Below are positions 13,255-26,699 of a stretch of DNA of 64,000 nt, one piece after another (the first letter of the stretch is position 1; every line of letters begins with the position of its first letter). The stretch spans positions 237,331-301,330 of the forward strand of contig JASAOG010000079.1 in the NCBI GenBank assembly GCA_030265305.1. The letters are read 5' to 3'. The notes beneath the pieces are model-generated. The model was not told the DNA's origin. It did not search any database and was given only the letters and a program-made list of their open reading frames with translations. This stretch comes from Biomphalaria pfeifferi. Its lineage: Eukaryota. The translations under genes were made by a program, and so were the position numbers.

Positions 13255-13445
13255 TAAAAAGCTATTTAAACTTCTAAGACCAATATTAGAATACGCGTCC
13301 TCCGTTTGGGACCCACCTACTAAAACTCTCAGAAAGACACAAAGATGAAGGCCCGTTTCTTATTCCATATGCTAGGACAAATTCGCTTCTTCTTCCCTAT
13401 TACCATAAGAGCATGGAATGGGTTATTTGAATCAGCCAAAGTACA
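13255..13445 (+). mobile_element. LINE 3' fragment of the same family
   Basis: Carries 'agaatacgcgtcctccgtttgggacccacc...agagcatggaatgggtt'. Confidence 0.7.
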
Positions 13446-14057
13446 AATCATGTTTATCGAAATCTATTTTCAGTCAGCTTTTGTTCAACGGACAAAATGA
13501 CCAAACTAGTGAGTCGTAAATTTATCATCGTTGATCTCTAGTGATTCTTGATCATCATTAGTCTAAAGAACTTCGCTCGCATGTAATCTACTCTTACATT
13601 CACTTGTTAGAACCATCTAATAAGCTAAGAATTTTTTAAAAATCTAAGTATGAAAATATGAAGCAACTGATAGGCTTACCAGGACGGCCTATAGGTATTG
13701 ATTGTTGTAACAATTTTTACTGAGTGTATTGACACTAATATATTTAACAAGAACAACAAATAAACAAAAAATACTTAAAAAAAAACAACACAACAAAACT
13801 TATCAAAAGGAAAGAACCGCAGAAATCACTGCCATATATCTCAATACTGCAAGGTTTAACTCCATTTTTTACACAATACAAAATTAATTAATTAGGCCTA
13901 CCACTAATTAATTAAACATAGATATAGTCTCATGACCAAAACAAACAGATTTATCCACTGAATCATGCTCCACACAATTTAGACGTAGGCCCCCTCAGTG
14001 GTAGAACAAGAGGAGCGAAGAGAATAAAAACGGATGTGATAATAAATTTTACCCAGC

Positions 14058-14250
14058 TTCTAGGACGGCTGCCTGGTCGTGCGATTTGCGCGCTGGACTG
14101 TCGTTCGGATTTATCGACGGTCGAGGGTTCAAACCCTGCCCGCTCCCATCCCCCGTCGTCCTGCGGGAGGTTTGGACTAGGAAGTAAACTATCTTCAACT
14201 CTGAAGGAACATCCGAAACATGTAAAACATTTTACAAACAAACACATTTT
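14058..14250 (+). mobile_element. SINE family B copy
   Basis: Near-identical to 868-1050. ORFs 14036..14323 and 13963..14265 are spurious translations of it. Confidence 0.9.
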
Positions 14251-15894
14251 GACGTTAAACGACATGGCGCAATCATTTATTCTAGGGCGCCACTCACGTC
14301 AGATCCAGGACATTACAAGGTGAGGCGTATAGCATCCCGAAATAAAAGATGAGTAATTCACGATTGAGGTAGTCACTGTATCAACATCTACAACTCACAA
14401 TTGGACTGCATCTGGGGCCTTTCTGGGCCGGACAGTCTCCACAACGACTTTTAACAAATCTAGAGACATTACTAATGGCTAATGTCCATAGTACTATAGA
14501 AGGAAGAACATTCCTCCTCCACCAATAATGCGACCAAAATCAACCGTCTTACTGCTTTCCTTGTCTCTGTCACTTGGCTATCGATTGTATACATATAATT
14601 AACTTCCCTTTTTATTACAAACCTTAAATGCACAAATTCTGTTCTAACATAAGTTGATGACAGAGAAGCCAATGGGTTGATGGTATGTAAAGTATAACTA
14701 ACCATTGACGACGTAATGGTATTGCATTAAGTAAAAAGGAAAAGAAAATGCACACGCTCTCTGCTCAGTACAAATAAAAGGTTAAGGCAGACTTTGATTC
14801 GGTTCCACATGGTTGCTAAAAACATAAGACATCCACAGAATCGACCCACGAATAAAAAAACTTATGACAGCTTATGTGAACAACAGACAAGATATCTATA
14901 CGTAAATTGTGTCAATTAAGGTACTTTTCAGGGCTGACAATATATGAAGAGATATATTCTATGGCAGTGATACCCAACCTTACTCGACCTTCGGGCCAAT
15001 TTAATTTCCGACTCTCGTGTCACAGTCACATGACCGAAAAGGTACAAAAACAAAATGAAATTGACTTAAAACTATTTGATTAGAAACTTACATTTTGTTT
15101 TACGCTTCGGAAAGTGGTTTCATTTATCTACTTAAAACCTGAGCAACATTTTAGCTAGTTTTATCATCAACTTATTCTCTTGTCTCTTTTTCATAAATAT
15201 TCCCATCAATCCTCCAATCGCTAGGCTTAGTTTAGCCATCTTTTATTTGCGGCTCAAACCAAAAATTCCTTCATATTTGTTTTAAAATAGCGTTATTTGT
15301 TTTTTCAAACAGTCAAACTTTCTTTATAAAACAAATATGTGGGCTTATTATCATATTCCAAAAGCAATGATACGTCCACTTTTCCTGGTAAATTCTACAT
15401 CCATAGCCCCATTTCATAAACACACAAATGATAATTGTCATGTTACAAACCCATCAGAGAAAAGTGAGAGCCCTAACACTGGTAATAATACATTTTTCTA
15501 CCTTTTTTTTCTGAGGTGGCGTATTTTGGGCACCACTGCTCTATGGTGTTTACGTTCTAATTCTGGCTAGCAGTTAATTTATTTTGTATCCAAATCGTTT
15601 CTTAGCAGCCTACTATAATTACACATTGTCACATTGTTCCCTGGTTTATACTAAATGCACCAGAAAGTATAACATATTGTTTGGCATCTTTAGAATTTTT
15701 CGCTTTGTAAATAAAAATGGATTTATAAATGCGAGCATATAGCCTTCTTCAGCAAAAAAGTATCTTATCTCATAGAATACAGACGTTCTTCAAAAGAGAA
15801 GACAATTACCTTCTTCGCATTTCATGTGTCAATTTAATCATGAATGTTAATCAGTGACTTAAAATCTGCTAAGTCGTTTTTTTTTCTGGCTGAT

Positions 15895-16010
15895 TCAGGC
15901 AACCCATTCCATTCTCTAATGGTATTAGGGAAGAAATAACACTTTTACGAATTTGTCCTAGCATATGGAATAAGAAATGTGCCTTTATCTTTGAGTGTTA
16001 ATTACAAATT
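15895..16010 (-). mobile_element. LINE 3' fragment of the same family, inverted
   Basis: Reverse complement of '...cctagcatatggaataagaa...agagaatggaatgggttgcctgaatcagcc'. Confidence 0.7.
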
Positions 16011-16599
16011 ATCGCCACATGAAGTAGACTACTCGACGAGAGCCAATGACCTTCTCTACTGAGATTTTAATATTGTAACGATTCTCACTATCCGGGCTCT
16101 CTGCCAAGTGCTCCACACGACACCATCAACTCAAAAAACTTGACAACTCAGAACAAATATTCTCCGTTAATAACCCTACCGCCGTTTTAACTGTAGCACT
16201 GGCCTCTCCGCCTCGCCCCGGACTTGCACTGGGTTCAACTGTTCAGGACTGATTTCACACACTGGGCTCGTTGTGTCGAAGATCAAGACGCCGTCTTATA
16301 CTCGCGAGGTGTCTTAACAGTACTCTGTATCGAACTGTCGTAATGCGCCGTACAGAGCCACACCGCTGAACCGCACTGAACTGAACCAAACCGGGCTTGT
16401 AGTGAACTGTGCATGGGACCATGCGAACCTTCGCTCTTTATAAAGGGTCCCAGTTGACCGTCCAGAAACCGATGCTCGATCATTCTGGTTGATTAATGAC
16501 TACATCCGACGTGACTGGCCTGAGTAGTGTTCACATAATATGTTTCTTGAAACATCGCCAATCATCGCCGAGGACCGACGCAACTCGTCACGGTTGACC

Positions 16600-16945
16600 G
16601 CTCATCTATACCTATCAGCACCACTACCAAAGGTATAACAATATAGACAACCCGTAGATTTCAATCGATTTGATCTAGAACTATTATTTGCTGGTACAAA
16701 CCTCGCCGAAAGCAAAAGGAATGATGCGGCTTCAGAAAAAAAAAAAGAGGAGAAAGAGAAAAAAAAGCTATCATACAAGAAAGCCCTAAAACAGGTGCAT
16801 TCACTTGCACGAACTGTGGCAAACTTTCCCGCTTATGAATCGACTTGTTTAGTCACACCAGATTTTGCCCGGACCCAAGAGCAAACCGAAACCAGTGATT
16901 CCCTGGGCACATTCGTTGTCATTTAGGACAGAAGGAGAATATATA
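16600..16945 (+). mobile_element. CR1-like 3' end fragment (ESKRNDAASEKKKRGEREKK...FTCTNCGKLSRL-IDLFSHTRFCP)
   Basis: Lys/Arg/Glu-rich block followed by a C2H2-like finger and an (AT)-rich terminus. Confidence 0.6.
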
Positions 16946-17789
16946 TATATATTCATGTAGTGGGAGAATGAGGCCTCAATACGCCTAACATTCCAGAACC
17001 CTTAAAACAATTAGCTTGGTGTTCATTATAAATGTTATTGTGCTATCCTCCAACTCAAATGGGAGCTACACACTTTTTAATGGTTTTTAAAATGCATCTT
17101 TGCCAGAATAATTCTGCGAATTAAATTCAATGTTAGAAAAAAAATTGATTTAGTTATATTATGGATCTTACTAATAACCATTGAAATATATCAATAAATA
17201 TGCATATTTCTTAGTTTATTTATTTATTTTTGTAATCATAATCTAAAAACATGAGAATAACTAATAAAAAGTGATGATTAAAAAACTGATAATAATAGTG
17301 TCACATATTTAAAAAAAAAAAGAAATAAAGCCATTGAAGAAAATGGGGAACTTTAAATTCCAGATAATACGTCGAGCTTAGTTGTGTGGCCATGGTGTGG
17401 CATATCGAACAAAATCTCCTAGGTTTCCCTTACCCAGCGATTAAAATAACTTTTAAAAAAATCAATGCCAACTCTATGTTCAAATAATAAATTAAATAGT
17501 CAAATTTTATTTTTCATAAGTTTGTAACAATTCTAATTAATATAAAAGTATGATGAAAGATGGCGTCTTACTCTTGCATGATACTGATATACTCGGTAAT
17601 AAAAAAAATAATACAATTTTTAGTTCTTCTGAGTTTCATGGATGGAACATTGGGCTTTCACAGTAAAAAAAAAAATAATTAATTAATTCAATAATTAAAA
17701 AAGGGATGTTTCTAAAATTTTAATAAAATTTGTTGTTAGAAAGACAATCACAAATGAAAAAAAAAAAAAAGAAACTGGTCCAAAGCTGT

Positions 17790-18000
17790 AATTGGAAAAA
17801 CCTTAAACTCACAAGATCCTCAGGGCTCGCAATTTTCATTCAGGGAACAGTACCAGGAAAAGACGAAGATGGGAAGACAACATAAAAGAATGGACAGGCC
17901 TGTCATTAAATGAAATTCTATCCAATACAAAAGACAGAGGAATGGAGAAAGATGGTCAATAGATCTTTGGCCTATGTGCTGCCCCATCAAATCGATAGAA
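17790..18000 (+). mobile_element. RTE/L2-like LINE 3' tail, copy 2
   Basis: Sequence similarity to 10270-10560: 'cagggaacagtaccaggaaaagacgaagatgggaagacaacataaaagaatggacaggcc...aaagacagaggaatggagaaag'. Confidence 0.7.
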
Positions 18001-18867
18001 TAATAAATGTTGTCAAAATAAATGATTCAATTTTTCTGGACTACGACGAATTAATAGTGGGAATACAAAAATTGTGGTTACATTATGTCCGTATTTGGCC
18101 ATTTTATATTATGTAATATTTATAGTTCAAAAACTATTTATTTAATCTGCATTAAATATCAGAAGTAAGACAAATGCAACTTACTTTACAGAACAGCAAT
18201 AACAAAAAGAGTTAGATTTAAACCCTTGTTTTCGAAGACTCAGTATATGTCCGACTTATCATCCGAACGAAATGAAACAGGTCACGAATCCGCTGTCAAC
18301 ATTATAGAGCTAGCGTAATGAGGAACACGGTATAGACTAGTCAAGGGTTTTATAAATTCGGAACTAAAACTGCTGTTTTTTTTTTTCCTTTCTAAATTTA
18401 GGAAGAATATTAATTTTGAAAATTGGGTCACTTGTAACCAGTGAAGGTTGCGTGTGAACACCAAGTCTTTAATATATTAAGAGTTAGGCCTATGTGTTTA
18501 ATGAAAGCTGTGCGTTCAGAGGCTGTCTTAGCAGAGCGCAGGGCCGTGGGCGAGTGTTATGTGCGGGGCCTTGAGCCTTAAGGGTAGACTTTATAGACCG
18601 TACCACTTAACTCTTTCTCTCCGTAATTATTTACCACATTCTGGTGGAATCAACGATGGTATCGTCAGTTAGGAGAGAAGGAGTTAAAGCTGACGGGCTC
18701 GTCCGCCTCTACTGATGTAGGCCTTATTTTTGTTACAAAACACACTACACTTGCTGTTGGCCGTTGGACTACTACATTACATAGACACAAAACCCCAGTG
18801 CAAAGCCTTCAGCCCCCTGGATGCCAAAAGTGGTCATCATCGAACCACATTACGTACTGTATTGTAA

Positions 18868-19005
18868 GCAGTGCTTTTTTGTGACGTACGCACCGGCACC
18901 TTTTTCAATGTGGGGAAAAATAATTTTTTTTATACGTTTATCATTAATTTATTAGTAGTTTAAAGTTAGACAATCCATCACTTAGTACCGGCATCTAAAA
19001 AAAGC
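18868..19005. mobile_element. MITE with terminal inverted repeats CAGTGCTTTTTT…AAAAAAAGCACTG and internal 'ccggcacc / gtaccggc' motifs
   Basis: Ends are inverted complements of each other. The same family occurs at 59215-59412 and, inverted and partial, at 57100-57228. Confidence 0.65.
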
Positions 19006-20367
19006 ACTGATTGTAAATGTTCTGCATGAAAGATTTAGCCTTTAATAATCAACGTTACTAATGATTCAGACAGGCTTGTCATGTATACTTCTTTTTATAA
19101 AAAAAAGGACAGTAAAACAAGAGTATAAGATTGTGTGTCAGTGCAAATAGTTTAAGATTGTTTATCACCTCAAAGTTATAAGTTTGTGTTTCTCTGTAAA
19201 GAGCATAAGATTGTGTATGTAGCTTTGAATGGAAGTGCAATAAGTGCAGACGAATTAACTAGGGAAAATATGTTTTAGTATTTTTACCTAAAGCCAACTA
19301 CAGTTGTTAATAATCCTGATAATTCAAAACTCTCAATGATAATATTTCTTTTTACTAGCCACATCCTAAAGAGAGGGGGAAAAAAAAGTCTTAAATATTT
19401 TTTTCATAATAAGAAACCACAATAAGAATTTGAAATACTCTCCAACATTTTATTCAGATGATCCAGTAACAAAGTTTTAACATTATTATAAGTTGAATCA
19501 GAAAATTATGGGATAATTCAATATTTTTATAGTCATGAGTGGAGTAGTATCAAATATAACATCTTTATTTTTTATGAATAGGCTTCAAAGTTTTGGGCAA
19601 TATATCAAATAGAATAGCACAATATGTCTTTAAAAGATATTTTTTTAGACATTAAATAGAATAATACAATGATTTTGTACAAGTCATCAAACAGAATAAC
19701 TTACAACTTTTGTACAAGACATCAAATAGTAGACAATAATTCTGTACACTACATTAAATAGAATAAAATGATAGTTCTGTACAAAACATCAAACATAAAT
19801 ATTCTAGCAATATAAATTTGGTTTTCAGTTCCAATCATATGACATAGATGACAATAATCAAGTAATAAAACAGATTTATAAAAGAAAGGTATCACACACA
19901 AAATATCTTATCTGGACAAGAATATAGAACTACATTGGTTTGCATACCAGTAATATAATTGTCAACAATTTATAAGCTCATTTAAAAGATCATTCTAAGC
20001 CTTCAGAAATGAAATAACATAGAAGACAGTCAGACTTTGTAGAAACTAAACACTGAGAGGAGGGGAAATGAAGGGAGGAAGAATAATTGTAACCAATGAT
20101 CATAGAGAAAAATCTGCATGAATCAATTCATGAATGTTTACATTCAGCTTTGATGGGTTTGTTCTCTAAGGCTTATTAAGAGATTACAAAAAAACAACAA
20201 CATGATTCTCAAGGATAAAAACATTACTATTCACATTATATAAGCATGATTGTGTATACAAGTGTTTGTAGAAGATACAGCATATTTTGACTTTTGTGTT
20301 TTAGCTTCATTTTATTTTCAGTTTATTGAACTTAAAAGGATTGATTGTATTCTAAGTGTATAGAAGA

Positions 20368-20562
20368 ATATGGCTGGTCGTGCGGTTTGCGCGCTGGACT
20401 GTCGTTCGGATTTATCGACGATTGAGGGTTCAAACCATGCCCGCTCCCATTCCCCGTCGTCCTGCAGGAGGTTTGGACTAGGAAGTAAACTATCTTCAAC
20501 TCTGAAGGAACATCCGAAACATGTAAAACATTTTACAAAACAAACAATTTACCAACAACAAT
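20368..20562 (+). mobile_element. SINE family B copy
   Basis: Near-identical. ORF 20370..20564 is a spurious translation. Confidence 0.9.
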
Positions 20563-23104
20563 GAAATTATTTCCCAAAAGGAAAACCTTCAAGAAATAGC
20601 TTGAAGTGGCATTTCTAATTTAAAAATAGAGAAATTAAGTTATCTTTTTTTTTCCAAACAAGCTTATTTTCCTAAAAAGTCTTCCTATCCAAAAAATATG
20701 AAATGGTACAATTCTTTATCACATGGCATGTAAACAAACTTGATTATTCAAAATTAGAGCTTGCAGGCTGTTTACAAAATAGTTTTTGCATAATATCAAA
20801 ATGATTTGATAGACTAATTGGGTTGTTAAACCTAAGCTAGTGTTGGTACAGACTTTTTTTTTTCATGCAATAAAGTTTGTACAGAGGTCTAGAAGGAAAA
20901 ACTGAAAAAGATTGGTAATTGTTTCAATTGTTTTTATTTTTTGATGTTGGTTAGCCTCAGGGGTAGCATCGGAAATGCAGGTGCTCATATTTTGAAGATC
21001 AAGTACAGAGCAGGAAATCAAAAAAGATGAAATGAGTAGCTAGATTTACTAAAGCTGCCTTGCATTTTGCAAAAAATATTGAATCCACAATCTACTGTAA
21101 GACAATAATGTAAAAAAAAATTAAGAAAGTGTCTGCATTAAATATTTCTTATAGACAACTAAAATCCTAGTGAAGCACTTAAATCTACAAAACTTGTCAA
21201 TGAGAATAAGTTACCCATGGGCACTACATTAATTAGTGAAATGCAAAGGAATGAAAAGGCTGAGATTCATCTGTGTCACTGAAAAATACAACTGACTAAT
21301 GTAATGATCAAACATGTGTTATCAGACTGATTAATGCAATGGCTAATGTGCAGAACATAAAGTTTATTACTTCAAATTTTCTACACAAGCAATGGTTCCA
21401 GAAGAGTTGATTTATGCTGTTCATTCAATTTTATTTTTAGCTGAAAATATTTTGTTTATTAACTTTTCACTCCTATTTGATAATGCTTTACTTGAAGAAA
21501 AAGATTTAACAAAAAAAAAAAAAGACACTAATGTAAAGATTATGCATACAAGTGTATGTTGTCCTAGTTTATGTTATTCTCCTTGGCATGGAAATTAATA
21601 TTTACATGTGTGTGTGTGTATGTCTAAAAAAGTCTGTAGATAACAACTGTCCTTAATCCAGTTTATGGTGTGGCCCTATCTTCAGTTGTTTTTTTATCTA
21701 ACACATTTTGTACTTCCTAAGATTAGTACAAGAATAATAATCAGGTAGGCTACAATTTGATAACTGCAGGTTACATGTTTTGTTTAGAAGCCTATCACTC
21801 AATGATAGTAAGAATCCATCCATCACAGTAGATTTGAACAGTGTTATTGATAATATTAGTCTAACACAAATAAAAAATTTAACAATGACATTGAATGATA
21901 TCTGACACAAAAGAAATCAATATTGCAGGTTAACACTGGAATGTAGAAATTGATTGTTTTTTCAGCAAAGACATTCAATTGGTGGAGCAGAAGGTGCTTA
22001 AAGCATTTGCATTAATTAGTGTCCTTTTTTTTGAAACACATCTAGTAGTTTATGAAATTCTAAGTTTTTCTATGCTCTTTTAGTTATTTGCTTGCATTTT
22101 TTTTCAGAAAAACTAAACAATGTATTACATTCTTTCAGCTCTGATGATTTCATTCTAAATGTTTTTTTATTCACTAAATGATGAGATTTAAAAAATACAG
22201 AAACACAAGTAACAGCTTGTATCCTCAAGCTTTCATCATTTCTCAATTCGATAAAATATGTAAAACTTTAGATTGAAACACAAAATTCTTAAGGACACAA
22301 AATATACTGCTGACATAAAATCATTGTATGCGGTCATGAGGAGACAAGTTTTTAAAATTGCTGTTGGAACTCAGCAAACACAATTCAGCTCTAGTTGAGG
22401 CTGAGCCCCTAAGTTCTCTGCCATATAGCCCACCAAACATCAAACCAAAAAAAAGCAAACACATTAAGCCCAAAACAAAACTGAATGTATCATCAAAAGT
22501 TAGGGGATTTAACATCTGAAATTGTGTTTTGTTATCTATAAATAGCAAACCAGATTTTTTCGTTCACACACATACAAAATCAATTTCATTGGTCTGTCTC
22601 AACCTCAACAACCAGTTTCTTGTGACCAGTATAAACCTGTTTCTATTTCAATAAAATATCTTATGAAAATTTTTATTTTTTGTTCTGAATTGGATGTTAT
22701 TTTGATCCAGACATATGAGTCTTTATTACAAGGAGAAATGCTTCAACTTTTTTTCTAATGAAAAAAGTGATATAAAGTTAAATGACTGACAGCAAGATAA
22801 TCACAAAGTCAGGTTGAAAGCTATTTGACTGATAGCTGGTCACAACACAGGTAACTAAAAATAGCTAAGTCACTTAGTTCTATTTGAACTTTTGAAATTG
22901 TGATTGTAGTTTTACAATCAATCAACGAGAGGAACTTACACTAAGTATGTCATAGATAAGGTACAAATTTGGGAAATTCAATTTCAACCAAACAATAGAC
23001 ATACACACTAATACATGGCTGAGAATATTACAAAACAATAAATAATACATTTCTTGATCTACAGTTCCATCCAAACTTATTCATAGCTTTATGAAAGACA
23101 AAGA

Positions 23105-23220
23105 TGTAACAAACAAGCTGTCTGTTACTCCCAAATGTTTGACAAACAAGCTGTCTGTTACTCTCAAATGTTTGACAAACAAGCTGTCTCTTACTCCCAA
23201 ATGTTTGACTAACAATGAAC
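23105..23220 (-). repeat. About 3.5 copies of a 33-bp tandem repeat (acaaacaagctgtctgttactcccaaatgtttg) in the presumed 3'UTR of the attractin-like gene
   Basis: Direct reading. It produces the repetitive spurious ORF 23028..23237. Confidence 0.8.
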
Positions 23221-23323
23221 ATATAACCAAATTGCACTAATGCTATGGCCTATAAAACGAAGCCACTTATTTCTTTCACTTTGAGTTCAACAGAAAGAAA
23301 AAACAGCTTTCAATCATGCACAT

Positions 23324-23418
23324 GTGTCAGGATGATTATACATAAGATTTTTCCTAATTTTTGGCTTATCTCCTTTGGCATGTTCAAGACTCTGTTTACG
23401 ATGTGAACCTTGAGGCAG
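23324..23418 (-). CDS. ATRN: ATRN-like terminal coding exon (GSHRKQSLEHAKGDKPKIRKNLMYNHPDTCA*), stop TGA at about 23324-23326
   Basis: Acceptor cctcaag|GT in phase with the preceding exon. The C-terminus '...PDTCA*' parallels human '...AQPGTCI*'. Confidence 0.7.
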
Positions 23419-23479
23419 AAATACAAAAACATCATTTAGTACTAAGGCATCACACTGTACACAAAATAATATTAAAATA

Positions 23480-23600
23480 TACTAAAGGTTTTAATATCGT
23501 AATATCTATCTATATATCTATCTATCTATATATTTATATATCTATATCTATCTATCTATATCTATCTATCTATATATATCTATCTATATATATTGTACTA
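23480..23600. repeat. Compound (TATC)n/(TA)n microsatellite in the last attractin intron
   Basis: Direct reading. ORF 23361..23678 is spurious. Confidence 0.9.
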
Positions 23601-23602
23601 AC

Positions 23603-23756
23603 CTATAGCAACAAATGCACTACCAACTGCAAGCCCAGACTGTCCACAAGGAGCAAACACAGCATCACCAGTTGGTAGCTGTATAAATAGGGTAAGAATA
23701 GCCGCTTTGTGGTCAGCAAGAGGCTCAATGGCAATTGCTGAAGGTTTACTCATCAT
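23603..23756 (-). CDS. ATRN: ATRN-like exon: cytoplasmic tail (MMSKPSAIAIEPLADHKAAILTLFIQLPTGDAVFAPCGQSGLAVGSAFVAIG)
   Basis: ORF 23598..23792. Acceptor ttatccag|ATG, donor ATAG|GTTAGT. Matches human 'IALEPCFGNKAAVLSVFVRLPRG...PPPGQSGLAVASALVDIS'. Confidence 0.9.
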
Positions 23757-24399
23757 CTGGATAAATATGTAAGTAATATTAATAAAATACACTTAGTAAC
23801 AGGTAGACAAAATTCACCAAATTTAGAGATGAGCACAGTTCAGCCCAGAAAGAAATATTTAGTGCTGTTCAAAATACAAGCATTATATGATCTGAAGATG
23901 TTTAAGTCAGTTACGCTAGATTTTATTGGTTCTTTGCCATAAGTGCCATTTGTATGTTTAAAAAATATAATGCAATGAGTTGTCACAATTTGAGTACTAA
24001 TCTATACTATAAAGTAGAATGTAAGGCATATGTATGTGCCGAATAGAAATAATAACCGTTTGACCAAAATAAAACTTGGCATAAATGTTCCTTGGGTACT
24101 AACTTAGACCGTAGTGTATGTATTGTAGCCCTAAAACAAACTTAAGACCCTCAAAAAAAAAGTTGACCAACTCTATGAAAGTATGCTATTTTATGAATCT
24201 AGGCTATGTTTACCATGTAGACATGAGAAAAGATTGAAAGGATTTAGATCTGGATCTAATTTTAAGAACTACATTTTGCACATATAGTTTTCTACTTTGA
24301 CACATGAAAATACAAATTATAGTCTATTGATTTCATTATTTAATAAAATTAAGCTTCAAATTTGTGTTTCAAAAGCATTTTTACATAAATTCGTTCTTC

Positions 24400-24485
24400 A
24401 TATCTGCGAATTATGCATGACGCGTAGGACGTAATCATCTTCTTTTTTGAAGTAACGTCTGTATTATATAAGAATTTAGAATTCT
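24400..24485 (+). mobile_element. LINE 3' tail remnant
   Basis: Carries 'tgcatgacgcgtaggacgtaatcatcttcttttttgaagtaacgtctgtattatataag'. Confidence 0.7.
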
Positions 24486-24893
24486 TGACGTACATGCTCT
24501 CATTAGACATTACCCGAAAGGTTACACATCTCTCTATTCCTGGGTCTAAACCTCTAATACAACTTTTAAGATGATAGAACTTCTCTTTGCTAAGATAGTT
24601 TTATACTTTAACACATGAACATACTAATTATAGTCCATTCATTTTATAATTTAATCAAATTAACATTCAAATTTGTTCTTCTAAAGCATTTTTACATGAG
24701 TGCAACTCTATTCTTAATATCGTGTGAATTCAGGTCAATTAGCTATTTTTAGCTCCATTCATAATATTTTTTATTCATGAATTCATGCATTCGCTTTACT
24801 TATAACATTAATATTTTCTTTAATTGTTTCTAATACACTATATCAGTGACTACCGTATTTTTCGCCGTATAAGACGCACTTTTTCTTCTCCAA

Positions 24894-24925
24894 AACTGGG
24901 GGGGGGGGGGGGGGGGGGGGGGGAG
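24894..24925. repeat. G30 homopolymer followed by (GA)4
   Basis: Direct reading. Confidence 0.9.
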
Positions 24926-25497
24926 AGAGTTAGTGCGTCTTATACGGCAAATACACATTTTACATGCATTAAAACTGCCCCCAACTTTGTGTGGCGCTTA
25001 CTCGCAGTCCTTTCCTTATGCAGTGTGTGCTGCGGGCTGGATTTGGGGCACGTACTGCAGGCTGTGGTGACTTCTGTGACCCTCCCTGCACGGCCAGGCT
25101 GTGTGTGTTCGGGCTTCCCTCTCCCTCCTATAGCGCGCCATGCCCCCCTCCCGACAGTCTAACCATGTGCTGCACAGGCATCATGCTGAGCTTACTGCCG
25201 GTACACACCGCCCTCCCTACGTCATAATGTGCCGTCTGGGTAGATCACAGACAACGTGTATGGTGTATGTGAGAAAGTGATCAGGCGGACCAACCAGTAC
25301 AGTATTTGGTTCAGAATCTTTTTTTTCTAGATTTTCCTCCTTTAAAATTGGGTGCGTCTTATATGCCGGAGCGTCTTATACGGCAAAAAATATGGTATAT
25401 CAGCAATATGCAAGTTAAGACCCGCGGACTGGGGGTAATATCTGTCTAGTGCATTTATAAAACTAAAATATTTTTTCTATCAAAGAATCTAGTCTAT

Positions 25498-25790
25498 GGA
25501 GGCGCGGTGGCTGAGCGGTAAAGCGCTTGACTTCCGAACCGGGGGTCCCGGGTTCAAATCCTGGTGAAGATTTGGATTTTTAATTTCGGGACCTTTGGGC
25601 GCCTCTGAGTCCACCCAGCTCTGTTGGGTACCTGACATTAGTTGGGGAAAAGTAAAGGTGGTTGGTCGTTGTGCTGGCCACATGACACCCTCGTAAACCG
25701 TAGGCCACAGAAACAGATGATCTTTACATCATCTGCCCTATAGACCACAAGGTCTGATAGGGGAACTTAACTTTTTATAATCTAGTCTAT
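25498..25790 (+). mobile_element. SINE family C copy
   Basis: Shares 5' and 3' ends with 11268. ORF 25489..25683 is spurious. Confidence 0.9.
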
Positions 25791-25954
25791 TGATGGGAAA
25801 TGATGACAGACTGAAATTTTAATGTCTTTGAAATTCACAACCACTAAACTAGTTGACAGCTCAAGAACATCCATTTTACAGTGACCTTGACATATATTAC
25901 CAAAGTCTAAGCTGTTATATACCTTACATATGATATATTACAAACATAACTTAC

Positions 25955-26095
25955 TTTTTTTCTTCTTCGTAGCACTGAATCCAGATGATCTTTTTTCTCT
26001 CCAGATATTATCTGATTGTGAGTCTTGTGATCTATTTCTACAGATATAGTGGAGAATGGGCGACTGGCCATTTGTTGCATTTCCACTATCAATTG
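25955..26095 (-). CDS. ATRN: ATRN-like exon: cytoplasmic tail with MASRPF motif (QLIVEMQQMASRPFSTISVEIDHKTHNQIISGEKKDHLDSVLRRRKK)
   Basis: ORF 25907..26092. Acceptor caacccag|CAATTG, donor AAAAAA|GTAAGT. MASRPF is the signature motif of attractin-family cytoplasmic tails. Confidence 0.9.
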
Positions 26096-26507
26096 CTGGG
26101 TTGAAACAAATAAGCAATGATGGGTTTAAAAAAAATTAAATTTACAGTATGTATAAAAAAAAATTAAGTTGAAACTAGTATTACAAAAAAAAAAGTTGAA
26201 ACAAGCTAACTATCTAAGGAGTTAAAACAAGTACATAATAATATAAACTGAGATGTATAATATTGTTAGATTTTAAATTAATTTTTCCACATAATTCTGG
26301 TTCTTTTTGTATCTAGACATAAACATTAACCTTTTGGGATATAGGATTCTTAAAAATGAGGAAACCTCATTTATGCTAATAGTTTAACTTTAAAAAAAAA
26401 AAATATGTATGCTAACATTTTTTGTTGTACTCTTAGAATTTAGAAGCACTTACAACCTGAAGGTAACTTCAAACAAAGGTTGCTGATTAAAGAATGAGAT
26501 ATTTTTG

Positions 26508-26510
<3 letters not shown>

Positions 26511-26582
<72 letters not shown>
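26511..26582. repeat. (AT)n microsatellite, about 35 units
   Basis: Direct reading. Confidence 0.95.
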
Positions 26583-26590
<8 letters not shown>

Positions 26591-26699
26591 TCTGAAATTA
26601 ATATGACTAAAATATTTTATACAAAAAGTTATGAGTTGAAAAAAAAAAAAAATTTTTCTTAAGAAGCATGAGTAAATAATATTTGATGAAATCAAATTC

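Noticed and set aside
14036-14323. ORFs 14036..14323(+), 13963..14265(-), 20370..20564(+), 53582..53782(+)
   Set aside because: Translations of family-B SINE copies. Identical 'proteins' appear at each copy.
24824-25227. Two overlapping plus-strand ORFs in the GC-rich island (Gly30 tract; Cys/Pro-rich)
   Set aside because: Driven by the G30 homopolymer and GC richness. No domain similarity. Treated as a structural element rather than coding.
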